Shown: positions 39,507-51,931 of the stretch, in pieces | Layout of the letters: each line of letters opens with the position of its first letter | How positions within the stretch are numbered: position 1 is the stretch's first letter | Notes under the pieces: generated by a model | What the model was told of the DNA's origin: nothing | The model's database searches: none | What the model saw: the letters and a program-made list of their open reading frames with translations, nothing else | Translations under genes and position numbers: made by a program | Assembly (NCBI GenBank): GCA_051294375.1 | Contig: CM119264.1 | Coordinates: 30,231,656 to 30,295,655, forward strand | Origin: Paraspadella gotoi | Lineage: Eukaryota > Animalia > Chaetognatha | Reading direction: 5' to 3' | Length of the DNA: 64,000 nucleotides

Positions 39507-41389
39507 CGAGAGAGAGAGAGAGAGGAGAAAAAAACTCTTAAAAGGACTCAAGATCGAGAGCCAGAGCCCGTAACTATCAAAGAATATTAAATGGAAAAAC
39601 GCCGCGGAAGGAAAAACCGATGAAATCATGGCGATAACGACGAATTATTGATGTAATAGTAATTTGAATTGAGGTATACTATTGATTGATGTAATAGTAT
39701 TATGTGATGTGAATAGGAACCTTGATTATTGATTCGATGATAACCATTATTGATGCGCATGATAGTCATTCACTGTGCGTGTGGATGATAGCCGATTCAC
39801 TGATGCTATGATAGTCAATAACAAAAACAAAGACAAATGCGGTATGAAGTGAAAAGAGAGAGAGAAAGAGAGAGAGAGAAGAGGAGGATAGAGAGAGAGG
39901 AAGAGGAGGAGAGAGGGAGGAGAAGGAGATGAGACCGAGAGAGAATGACGACAGAATCTCCGGCATGAAAAATATGGGATTTGTATGTCAGATAACACTA
40001 TAATTAAGCGCGGGTTTAGGCTGGAGGAATACATGGCAATAATATAAAATTAATGGTTTATGGAATAGGATAAAAAAAATAGAGATCAAAAAGAAATCTT
40101 TCTCAAAAAACAAACGAATGATAAGCGAACTTGGAGAGATAAATGAGATAAATGGAGCAAACGCGGGGACATTTTTTAAATATTTTAATTATTGCATTAT
40201 TTTTAGAAAGATTTAATAAGGTTTTATACAGGGTTTAGATCAGAGGCACAGAGTATATGAGAAATCATGGAGAGAGGTGGGACGAGATGAGACAAACAAT
40301 AACAGGAGAATTCCAGAGTTGAGAAGGAGAGGAGATGTAGAGGAACGACCGTCCAGATAAGATGTCCAGATAAAAAAAACACCGAGTCCCGGCTGCAGGA
40401 GAGAAAGAGAGGAGGAAAACGAGCCGGGTATAATATATTATTCTCATGACGAGGTAAATAAAATAGAAGAGAGAAAGCAGATAGAAGCTTCCCATTTAAA
40501 GCCCCCATTTTAACTCGTCCAAGAATCAACAGTCACCACTAATAGCGCCCTCTTTGAAAAATATACTATATTAATTAAATTAGGCACGGACCTAGCGTCA
40601 TCGTGAGCCTATATTCCTTCCACTCATTGAAAAATGGAGTTTTTTTATGAATTTACGACGGTAAACATAATAAATTTAAACAAAATAAGTAGCAAACTAC
40701 TTGCGATTAAATGTTAAACCGCCGACTGTTCTTCATAAATAAAATGATATGACCTGATATTAAAATTATAATAAAAAATTAATACATTAAATTGGAGGCT
40801 TTAAAAATGCACCCCCGTGAAAGGGAAACTGACAAGATGGACGATTTAGTAAAAGTTTTTTTGTAAAAAAAAAGGAAAGAGAGAGAGAGGAGAGAGGAGA
40901 GAGAGATAAGAGGAGAGAGAGAAGAGACAGAGGGGGAGAAGAGAAGAAGGGGATCATGGACAGACCTGCAGGAAGAGCAATACAACGGAACAAGGGTTAG
41001 CCGAGTAAAGGGGCTCTTTTTAGACAAATCACCCGACAAAGAACGCACGTGAACGGAGAAAAAGAGAGAGAGAGAGCGACATATATTTTACAAACGGAGA
41101 AAGAGAGAGAGACATAGCGACATATAGGGGGGAGATTATTAACAGCACACGTCCTTTCGTTTTTGTAAAATAAATTACATCAAACAACCCTATTTCTATT
41201 CGTTTTTCAATATGTTATTATCGCCCTTAAGTTTCTTTTCTATCTATCGCATGTTTATATTTTTTTTTTAAAGACTTCTTGAGGATATGAAGAGCCATAT
41301 ATAAATTTTTCGAACTCCCTATGATATCGACACTTTCAAGGAAGCTCGAGCAGGTTGCATTGCAAAAAGCGTGCACCGATACAGCTAAA

Positions 41390-41915
41390 TTCGGGGAGTA
41401 TATTACAAGATCCATAGCCGAGAAGAGACAACGGAGGGGGCTTTGCCGCCTGGCTAGATAAACCCAGACGGGGAAAGAAGAAAGAGAGGAGAGAGAGACA
41501 GTCCCCGGAGAGAGAGAGGAGAAGTGAGAAGAAACAAAGATAAAGGTATCGAAACGACCGGTCTCGGACATCCAAACAAATTCTGGAGCAATCAGAGATC
41601 GTTTCATAGTGTTTCTCGCGGTGCCATGCTTCCACGTCTTCCCGATGGGGCGGCAGTGGGGGTCGGACTAAGCGACTGACGCAGCGAGGGCTTGGATACG
41701 AGGAAGCTTTTCCAAGAATATAACCCTCTTGATTGTGCAGGTTATTAAAAAAGGAGGATACAAAAGTTAAGTAATGGTAGTGCATATATCTTACCGGAGG
41801 AGCGTGGGAGAACAGGTGATGGATCCCGAAGAGGGTAAAAGTAAGAAGAGGAAGAATGAGCCTAAGGTAAGTTCGGTTCATTGAGTACGAACCAATCTTG
41901 CGCGGATGGAGGACC
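41390..41915 (+). mobile_element. Possible PLE GIY-YIG endonuclease remnant
   Basis: GGAGTATATTACAAGATCC (GVxYKI-like, 41395-41413), CAGACGGGGAAA (QTGK, 41465) and GCGGATGGAGGA (xDGG, ~41900), followed by a hammerhead motif; requires indels. Confidence 0.35.
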
Positions 41916-42076
41916 TTCTAGAGATCGAAAGAGAAGAGGTCAGGAAAAAATTATGGGGCAGTCTCGTCTCGTCTCTCCTATGTATCTCTTATCTCTCAGT
42001 CCGTGCCTTGAAGATCCAGGTAGCTCGAGTTGCGTTAAAGAAGAAATTCTGGATGAAAAAACAATATTATGTTGAC

Positions 42077-42125
42077 AAGCAGCTGAAGGAAGGGCTCTTA
42101 CTATCAGAGACGAAACATGTCGCTT
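42077..42125 (+). ncRNA. PLE-type minimal hammerhead ribozyme motif (type I), slightly degenerate
   Basis: AAGC-AG-CTGAAG(G)A-AG-GGCTCT-TACTATC-AGAGAC-GAAA-CATG-TC-GCTT: core boxes, stem II with one mismatch, palindromic ACATGT stem III, GUC site, AAGC/GCTT stem I. Confidence 0.55.
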
Positions 42126-42869
42126 ATTTTTGGTTTCAATTTTAACCGTTGTTTTTACAAATAATAAGAAAAAACGTTGTAACTAAACTTACACCGAACA
42201 ACGACCAAGATCGAGAGGAAATTACATATAGTCTCTTTTCTCGTTGGGAGAAACAGTGTACATGATGTGAGGGAGTACCGAACTCCGTCCCTGGCCGTTT
42301 TCGCAGTCCTCATGTCTAATTTTTTTGTAATTTCGCAGTAAGGGCGGACATTAATACAAGCATGAAACTTAGCACCTGGTCTTTAACGGTTTCTAAATAA
42401 AAAATTCTGCTTGCGTGAACGTGTTATTCTGTATTATATGGCATTATTTAAGATAGTACTTCGGTTAAGTATTTATAACTGCTAATGTTGCATGGATTGG
42501 AAAATGATTACATTTTTAAGTAATCGACCTAGAGAGTTCGAAATAAAGAACCTTAGGAAAAGCCATTCGATTTACATGTGAAATAGGCCGACGCACTGAA
42601 CATTTATGAATTAGATATGCATTAATATCAGCATGCTTGCGAATAGCACCGCCAGAGGGATAGAAAAATTGTGTAACGAGAGAGGGCAGAGCAAATGAAG
42701 TGGTATTACCGAAGCTGAGCAAATTAACACTCTGCCTTACAATTGCGAAAACAAGCTGTTTCCATTTATTTTTTTTTTTGCGAGAATAGGAATAATAATA
42801 TAAGGGCTTTTTGCTAAATTAAGATATATAATATAAAGTCAATTAAAAAAAAATATTTATTTGGATGTG

Positions 42870-43992
42870 TGGTGTATTGAGTGTGAAAACTCGTTGGTGG
42901 TCTCACGGAATTCTGCTGAGCTCAATCACACGTCTTACTATGGAGCTACAGAAAGTTAGTATAAAGTGGGTCTATACATGCTTGGGTAGGCGAGGACTGT
43001 ATGAAATTTCTGCCCTGTCCTTAACTCTTACTATGGCTTCATTGAGTGTAGTGGTTACAGCTTGGGTAGTTTACTGATGGATGAGGAGTCTCTGTAAATG
43101 AATATATTTTTTTAAAATCTGCACTAAAAAGTACAAATTATTAAAGGGAGGAACCCACCGGGGCTGTAACCTTTTACGAGCCGGTTTCAGAGTGTTAATG
43201 TGGATTACAGACATAGAATGGTAGTGCTCACTGAGGGCTGTAATGAGAATTTTGGATCTGCGTGTCGCACATAAATAACATCTTACTCCCCATTGTTTGG
43301 CTTTCATGAGAGTTCGCTGGAGTCTAAGATATCAGCGATATTTTTATAGCGTTTGTCCTGTCTATCTTGAATTTTTAAAAAGATTGTCTTTCTGTCTATT
43401 CAAATAAATATAGATATTAAAAGAGTTTCAAAGACGTAATATTTGTCCACGGTTAGCAGCAAATAAAAAAAAACAAAGAAATAATATATGTGGTTATCTA
43501 AAAAGAGGCTGGGGGAAGAAATTTAGGTGAAAGAACAAAAGAGAGAGGGAGAAGGCATGGCTGAAATGTAAGATATTTTCGGAATGGGCTGTCCACAGGT
43601 GCTCATTTACGGAATATTGTGAACTATGGCCTTCAGAGGGTGTAGAGGGATTACGCAGAAGCTCGGTCGCTCTCTGCTCTCTTCATCGTCTGCCGCTCGC
43701 AGAGGCGTCCGTTACTCGTATGGAAATTTTCTGCTGTCGCACGTGGGTCGTCTTCATCGTTAACGTGTCGAGATAGGCTGCTCTTCAGAGTGTAGGTGGT
43801 ACCAGCTGGGTTAGGCGGAGGGTCTGTATGAAAATTTTCTGGCTGTCGCACGCTTACTGACAATGGCGTTCAGAGTGTAAGTGGTTAACAGCTGGGGTAG
43901 CCGAGAGCTCGTATGTCACATTTCTTCTCGCTTGTCCCACCCTTAACGATGTATGGCTTCAGAGTGGTAGGTGGGTTACAGGCTGGGTATGC
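42870..43992 (+). repeat. Degenerate ~85-bp satellite (ATGGCTTCAGAGTGTAGTGGTTACAGCTGGGTAG...TGTATGAAATTTTCTG)
   Basis: Recognisable units near 42965, 43033, 43185, 43627, 43782, 43864 and 43954. Confidence 0.6.
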
Positions 43993-46900
43993 TCGCGGTC
44001 CTCTCTCGTCTCCTCTCTCTCTCTCCATTTTAAAACAGAGTCTCGCTTTTGTTGTCTGTTCGCTCACGTCGGAGCGAAAAGGAATTGAAAATCTTGGGAG
44101 GAGAAATCCCCGAGGATTCTAACATTTCTTACGAGAAGAAGAAGATGAAGAAGAAGAAGGGAGAAGAGGGAAGAAGAAAGAGAGGAACACCTGGATAAAG
44201 AATGCCGGATTTGAAATATTAATAGGGTGTGTGTAACGAGAGTGGACGTAAGAGAGAGTGTCGTTAAAGCAAAGCTGGGTGGGGGGTTGAGTTGTTGGGG
44301 AAGAAGTTACTCTTTTACCTCTTTCTTTGATTCAATGTGTCATCATATCGAGGGTGTACCTGATATAAATGTTACTTAGTCAGTCTGGTGCGGTTATGGG
44401 TAAGCGCCAATTTACTGCAGCAACAAAATTAAAAAGATTGTGGTAATTATGACAAGAGGTGCGCATTTGTTGTTTATTTAGTAAAATTTTCCTCCGGTCG
44501 AGTCTTAGTACCACGTTTACTTCCAAGTGTATGGATCTTGGGAAGTTTATTTGAAAATTTAGCGCTCTCACATTAGCCAGATTTGAGTAGTTAGGTGGTA
44601 TACAAAAAATCATGTGTCAGCTCCGGGTAACCGTAAATTTTTTACAAATTGCAAGAGGACTCAATTCTGCTAAATAAATCGAGAAAAAGATAAAAATAAA
44701 ATAAATAAATAAAATAATATCATTGAGTAAGAGAAGATACTGAAATAGTCCAGCCAACAAGGGATAATACCGATAGTTCAACGCGCGAACCTGGCGAAGT
44801 TTTCCTAAATAAAAAAAAAAAAAAAATATCTCAGGGCGAAACAAAAAGACATCGAATGATTTTTTCAAGCTTTTCGCTCTTCCTATTTTCTGTCTTAGCA
44901 GTAGGAGGTGAGTTGCCTGAAACGACCTTAGAAACTTACATCACCAGGTTTAAAAAAGCATTAATATTATCCCGATCTTAGTTTCTCTCGTCCTTATGGG
45001 GCTCTCGCTGTGTCTCTATTCTCCTTCAGACCGTGTACGTCTCGTCTGCCGTCTTACACACCTTCTCAGTCCCTATTCTCTCCAGCGTATCGTGAGCTTT
45101 TCGACGCCCCTGATTCCTCCATCAAATATTCTACAAAGATTGCGCGTGGAATCGATCCACATGCGACTCTGAAAAAGGCCATTCACGTGGGAGTCTGGGA
45201 GTCTCCCCGGAAAATTCAACAAACTTACCCTGGCTTATCTCGTCAGATTTTGGCAGGTGAGGGGGTTAAGATAGGGGCGTTGCATGGTAGCGATGAGTAG
45301 TAGGTTAAAAGTGAATATTGTGTGGAAATCGTGATGCTTGGGGGTGAATTGAGAGGCAGCTGCCTTACAGTAAGTCAATGAAAAAATAGGTCATAATTTT
45401 CTGAGAGAGGGACAAGTGCTTCCAAGTTCTAAGTCGGTTATTTACTAAATACTTGAATAACTATGATGACTGAAATAACACTGGAAGAGAACGAAGAATA
45501 ATTATACTAGAGATCAACAGGAAACAGTAACGAAAAGCAACTATAGCACAACAACAACGAAAGAAGTAACCTTCTTGCTGCGAAAAGAACAAACTTGAGA
45601 AAGATATCCGTCGAGTCCAGCTGAGAGACCGATTAAAGTAGATCAAAAAGAAATAATGCTAACAACATGATGTTTTAAATTTTTTTTGTTTTCGGAATAA
45701 TTTCTTTTTTTTAATACTCATTATCGGAAATCTTTTCTCTTTTTGTTGACTGCTGGGGCTGACGAAGCATTCAGCATTTCTGGCAGTTTCGAGTGCTGCA
45801 ATTCTGCAGTCAGATTTTGGCAGCCAAGGCAATAAGCGATCGAATTAAAAATCGGAATACGGAAAAAGATGCAGCGAAAGAGTCTTTGGCGCCGAAAAAA
45901 AGGTGGCGCGAGCATTAGGTAAAGTATTTACCCGACGTCGCCGGGAGGGAAACGGCCAGCAGAGCCGCGCAGCGGTGGATTTCGTCTTTGGCGCGGCGAT
46001 GGGGATAGCTGATAATGTTATATGGGACTGAGGCAGTGAGATATCTTTTGTTATTATAGTTATATTTATAATTTTATATAATTTTCTGGTCTCCTCACGA
46101 CGCAAGAAATAATTACTATTACATTTTCCAGAAATGGTTCAACTAGCTTCGTCTCACGAGACAAAGATAACTGTCGACCTAGTACTATAATTTCTTGAGA
46201 TTAAATTTGATGCTTTTATGCTCTAAATTGGCTGAGGTTCATCCTAGTCACACTACTTAACTAATCTGGCTAAGCTGATCGGTTATGTCTGGCTCTTGGG
46301 GACTCTAATACGGTTCTCAAATGCAAAAATCAGCGTTCTGATCGGCTCCTTCAACGATCAGAGATTTTTACTCAGGTTTTTTTGTATAAATAATTGATCT
46401 TAAATATCCAATTAAGAATCCCTTGTTTATGCCCTTTTTAAAGAGAATGACTCCTAATGATCTCGCGACGAACGGAGAGAGGCCTAGAACTCCCCCCTGC
46501 GCGCGAAATAAAAAAAAAGGGACAATAAAAGATGAAAGGAAAGATGGACGTCAACTGGAGAGGCAGCAATTTCCATAACTCGGGAGGGAAAGAGCCAGAG
46601 GAGAGTAGGGATTGCACTCTCAGTAGAGATGAGATGTAATGAAAAGATTGTATCTCAATGTAACCGAAGCGTGGTCGGGCGTTTTTATGTCAAAATGGAA
46701 ATGCAAAAGATTTTTTTCAAAAAATCGGGGAAAGTGGGATATCAAGTGGACTGTTGACTAAAGTTAAAATCGCTGGAACAAACCCAGTTATTTCTGACCA
46801 AAGTTACATCCTGACATCAAAAATTAGCAAAGCTGCACGATTGTGAAAGATTGATATAGAATGCGTGAGTGAATACTTTTTTTTTAGTTTATTTTTTTGT

Positions 46901-47409
46901 TAAATTATATCAGCCTCGCCAGTGGCAGCCCTTATGCTGTCGATTTCAACTCATTGAAAAACTGGTATAAGAAATGGTAGGAACTAGAAGGGCATTACGT
47001 AACGATAGCCAAGAATTTAAGAAACCTGTGTTCCTTGGCCGCCAGACCAGAGACCAAGAAACCCCGCTGTCCATCAGAAAGGATAGTGTTGGGAACGCAT
47101 AGTGTAAAAGAAAATCGATTTGTTAAGAATAGATGGTTCATTGTTACAGCACAGCTCGGGTAACAGTGGTCCCGTGCACATGTGTCCACGGACATATACA
47201 TAGTACAAAAAAATGAGAATAGAAAGTAGGAAGAAACTAGAATNNNNNNNNNNNNNNNNNNNNNNNNNATCTAATGTCGCAATGACGTTGAGAAAAAAAT
47301 GAGAAATGAAAAATGAATGACGAGAGTAAACAAAACAGAAAACAGAAAACAGAAAACAAAAGAGGAAAGAAGCGAAAGGAAATGAAGAAAACGCGTCAAA
47401 GAATGGAGG

Positions 47410-47512
47410 ATGATGACGATGATGACGACGACGAAGAAGACGACCCTGACGATGTCGATGACGACGATGATGATGACGATGATGATGACGATGATGATGA
47501 AGACGATGACGA
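47410..47512. repeat. (GAT/GAC)n trinucleotide repeat
   Basis: Direct reading; similar tracts at 6640-6700, 7400-7470, 7565-7610, 24530-24640 and 25275-25445. Confidence 0.9.
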
Positions 47513-48022
47513 TTTAAATTAAGAAACGATGATTCCTGTTGAGTCGGAAGAGAAAATTGGATAAAAAATATCAATAATTTTGAAAATGATGTTGTAATGA
47601 TGACGAGAACTATATTGAAAGAAAATCATGGTGAATATGCTTGTATTAATGCTTGTATTAATGCTTGTAAAAAAACTGGCAAATTTCACGTCCAAGGTGA
47701 CAGTTTCCCCCCCCCAAAAAAAAAGTTGAAAAGGACGAAGGATTTTTGAAGTCGATTAAGGAAAAATGAAAAGATTTTGGGTCAAAGGTCAAATTTGGGG
47801 TCAAAAATAGAGACGACGACGATGATGATGATGGAAAATGGAAAATGGAAAATGGCACAACCAAATAAATATCCTTTTATTCAATTCATAAGTTATTCCT
47901 GTCTCTCGACTTTGTCCAGGCATGAGAGTAACATAGCGAGACGCTACGAGCTTTCTCTCTTATTAAATACGCATTTTTAGGTCATGATGTCTCTTTAGAC
48001 AAATTTTTCTTGTCACGATTAC

Positions 48023-51000
48023 TTTCAATATCTGTAAACCTTTTGCCTCAACCACAAACCACTAACAGACCAAACTGAATCGCGAGGAAAGCGGCGTTCG
48101 GTCGCCAATTCGGTTGCCATGACGACGCGTTTTACTGCATCGGTTTAACGCTTTCGGTTCAGCGCTCGATCAAAAACGCGTTTTAGAGCTAAGGTACCGG
48201 ATAGCTATCTGTGGATAAGGAGCTCAGTGGGCTGAAAAATCACCATCCGTATCTTCTGTGCCGCCTCAGCAGCAATGGAACCGGTCCTGGGCTTGGAACC
48301 AGGCTTGAAGGTTTTCCAGGCCCCCAAGGCGGTTTACGGCCGTCCTCACGCTTCCCGCAGGGTAGGTACCACTGGGGATCGATCCCAGGTAATGGTCACG
48401 AGCTGATGGTATTACTCAATGAGCCACCGGGTCACGACCGAAGGTTTCATGCTTATTGGCGGGGTGAACATATTGCGATGCCATATATTTTTACCGTCCT
48501 CGCACAGTTTTCCTTGATTTGATTGGCGACGGTTTTTCCTCGTTTTGATTGGTGATTGGTTATTCTCGATTCGCTCGGTGACGGTTTTTGCTTGGTTCGC
48601 TCGGTGACTATTTTGCTAGGTTAGCTCGGTGACGGTTTTTGCTTGCCGTCCGGTCACAGGTTTTTTTGCAACCACGAAACGTCGTTGCGTTGCGGAGAAA
48701 ATTGGCGATAACGCCGAACGAAAGGGAAAGCCCGAGAGAAAAATTGAGGGGGGGAGAGAAAGGGGGAGGGGGAGGAAGAGGAGGGGGAGGAGGAGGAGGA
48801 GGAGGAGGAGGAGGGGGAGGTAATAGAGAGAGATAAACGGGGAGGTATTGGGGAACCGAAAGAAAGAAGGAAAGGGATGAAAAATAGTGGAAAAAAAAGA
48901 AAGGAAGGAAAGAAGGAAAAGGAAAGGGAGGAAAGGAGGAAGAAAGGATAAGTGGAGGAAAAAGAAAAGGGAGGAAAAAGGAAAAGAAAAAAAGGAGGAA
49001 GAAAAGGAAAGAAAGGAAAGGTGGAGGAAGAGGAAAGGGAAGAAAAGGGGAGGAAAAGGAAAGGTGGAAGAAAAGGAAAGGAAAGAAAGGAAAGGTGGAG
49101 GAAGAGAAAAGGGAGGAAAGGAAGGAGAAGGAAAAAGGAAAAAGGGTTGAGGTGGACTGAGTTTGCCGGAGTTGGGGGACTGAGTCAATGGAGACACGTG
49201 CGCGCGGAACCTGCAAAGGCGACGATGGCCGAAAACATCAACAAAGCGCGCGTGCGAAACCAGGGACGATAACGCCGCCGCTGCCCGACGCCGCGACGCC
49301 GCCGCCGACGCTGCTCGGCCAAAAAAAAGGAGCGATGCTGATGGACACTTTAATAATGCGGGAGAGAGAGAGAGAGAGAACAAGAGAGAGATTTCAATAT
49401 CTGTAAACCGCTTATTTGCCTCAACCAACAAACCACTAAACGAGACCAACTGAATCGCGAGGAAAGCGGCGTTCGGTCGCCAATTCGGTTCCCATGAACC
49501 CGAACGGCGGGGTTTTTACTGCATCGGTTTAACGCTTTCGTTTCAGCGCATCGATCAAAACGCGTTTTAGAGCTAAGGTACCGGATAATATCTGTGGATA
49601 GGAGCTCAGTGGCTGAAAAATCAACGCATCCGTATCTTCTGTGGCCGCCTCAGCAGCATGGAACCGGTCCTGGGCTTGGAACCAGGCTTGAAGGTTTTCC
49701 AGGCCCCCAAGGCGGTTAAACGGCCGTCCTCACGCTTCCCGCAGGGTGGGTACGCGACTGGGGATCGATCCCAGGTAATGGTGCACGAGCTGATGGTATT
49801 ACTCAATGAGCGCACCGGGTCACGACCGAAGGTTTCATGCTTTTGGCGGGGTGAACATATTGCGAATGCAATATATTTTTTACCGTCCTCGTGACAGTTT
49901 TTCTTTGATTTGATTGGCGACGTTTTTCCTCGTTTTGATTGGTGATTGGTTATTCTCGATTCGCTCGGTGACGGTTTTTTTTGCTTGGTTCGCATCGTGA
50001 CTATTTTGCTAGGTTAGCTCGGTGACGGTTTTTGCTTGCCGTCCGGTCACAGTTTTTTTGCAAACCAACTGAAACGTCGTTTGCGTTGCGGAGAAAATTG
50101 GCGATAACGCCGAACGAAAGGGAAAGCCCGAGAGAAAAATTGAGGGGGGAGAGAAAGGGGGAGGGGGAGGAAAGGGAGGAGGAGGCAGGAAGGAGGAGGA
50201 GGAGGAGGGAGGAGGTATGAGAGAGATAACGGGGAGGTACTTGGGGAAGCCGAAAGAAAGCAAGGAAAGGGATGAAAAATAGTGGAAAAAAAAAGAAAGG
50301 AAGGAAAGATAGGAAAAGGGGAAAGGGAGGAAAGGAGGAAGAAAAGATAAGTGGAGGAAAAAGAAAAGGGAGGAAAAAGGAAAGAAAAAAGGAGGAAGAA
50401 AAGGAAAGAAAGGAAAGGTGGAGGAAGAGGAAAGGGAAGAAAAGGGGAGGAAAAAGGAAAGGTGGAAGAAAAAGGAAAAGAAGAAAGGAAAGGTGGGGAA
50501 GAGGAAGGGAAGAAAAGGGAGGAAAAGGAAAGGTGAAGAAATGGGAAGGAAAGGAAAGAAAGGACAAGGGAGGAAGATGGAAGGGCAAGAAAGGGGAGGA
50601 AAAGGAAAGGTGGAAGAAAAGGAAAGGAAAGAAAGAGAAAGGTTGGAGGAAGAGGAAAGGGAAGAAAAGGGGAGGAAAAAGGAAAGGTAGAAGAAGGAAA
50701 AAGAAAGAAAGGAAAGGTGGAGGGAAAAGAAAAGGGAGGAAAGGTGGAAGAAAGTGGAAGGAAAAGAAAAGGAGGAAAAGGAAAAGAAAAAAGGAGGAAG
50801 GAAAAGGAAAGGAAAGAAAGGAAAGGTGGAGGAAGAGGAAGGGAAGAAAGGGTAGGAAAAGGAAAGGTGGAAAGAAAAGGAAAGGAAAGAAAGGAAAGGT
50901 GGAGAAGAGAAAAGGGAGGAAAGGAAAGGAGAAGGAAAAAGGAAAAAGGCGTTGAGGTGGACTGAGTTTGCGGAGTTTGGGGAGACTGGTCAATGGAGAC

Positions 51001-51175
51001 ACGTGCGCGCGGAACCTGCAAAGGGCGAACGAATGGCCGAAAACATCAACAAACGCGCGCGTGCGAAAACCAGGGACGATAACGCCGCGCTGCCCGACGC
51101 CGCGACGCCGCCGCCGAGCTGCTCGGCCAAAAAAAAGGAGCGATGCTGATGGACACTTTAATAAGCGGGAGAGAG
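48023..51175 (+). repeat. Tandem duplication 48023-49380 / 49391-51175
   Basis: Both copies start TTCAATATCTGTAAACC and end GATGGACACTTTAATAA; they differ by indels and purine-tract length; region lies between 25-N gaps at 47244 and 51294. Confidence 0.9.
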
Positions 51176-51176
51176 A

Positions 51177-51211
<35 letters not shown>

Positions 51212-51219
51212 GAGAGAGA

Positions 51220-51266
<47 letters not shown>

Positions 51267-51318
51267 TATAGAGAGAGAGAGAGAGAAGAGAGANNNNNNN
51301 NNNNNNNNNNNNNNNNNN

Positions 51319-51355
<37 letters not shown>

Positions 51356-51595
51356 GGTTATCAGTAATAAAATTAGGAATAAAATATTAATAATCCTAAA
51401 ATATTCAGCTAAACTTGTGACTTGCTTCTTTTTCGAACCGATGGAATTTAGTGAGATGATGCTTCTTTTGACTCATTGCTTTGAACAATTGATTGAGCGA
51501 GAACGAGATGATAAAACGAAGTAATAAATAAGAAAATATTCATAAAAATAAACAAGCGAACAAAAGAAAAGAAAAAGAAAAAAAGAAAAAAAAAG

Positions 51596-51670
51596 CGAAG
51601 CCTCGGATTCGAACTTGCGACCTTTTCGATTAAATCGTTTTTCCTCTGGCGACGAATTAAAGAAGAATCG
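51596..51670 (-). pseudogene. Decayed tRNA-like or tRNA-derived SINE head
   Basis: Minus strand reads AAGGTCGCAAGTTCGAATCC (B-box) followed by an oligo-T run; A-box and anticodon stem are degenerate. Confidence 0.3.
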
Positions 51671-51873
51671 ATGTCTTCTTTTCTCGCCGTTGATTACTGG
51701 CCTCGTTTATCCTCTCTCACTCTCTCTCACTCTCTCTCACTCTCTCTCACTCTCTCTCTCTCTCACTCTCTCTCACTCACTCTCTCTCACTCTCTCTCTC
51801 TTTCGCCAAATGAGGAATAAGGCGCGACCAAATTACCTTCCCTCGCCGACGGCTACCGCCACCTACACTACTT

Positions 51874-51875
<2 letters not shown>

Positions 51876-51931
<56 letters not shown>
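51876..51931. repeat. (GCC)n trinucleotide repeat
   Basis: Direct reading. Confidence 0.95.

Noticed and set aside
48608-51021. 200-330 aa F/P/L/S-rich and K/R/G/E-rich ORFs
   Set aside because: Translations of a purine/pyrimidine low-complexity tract that is open in most frames
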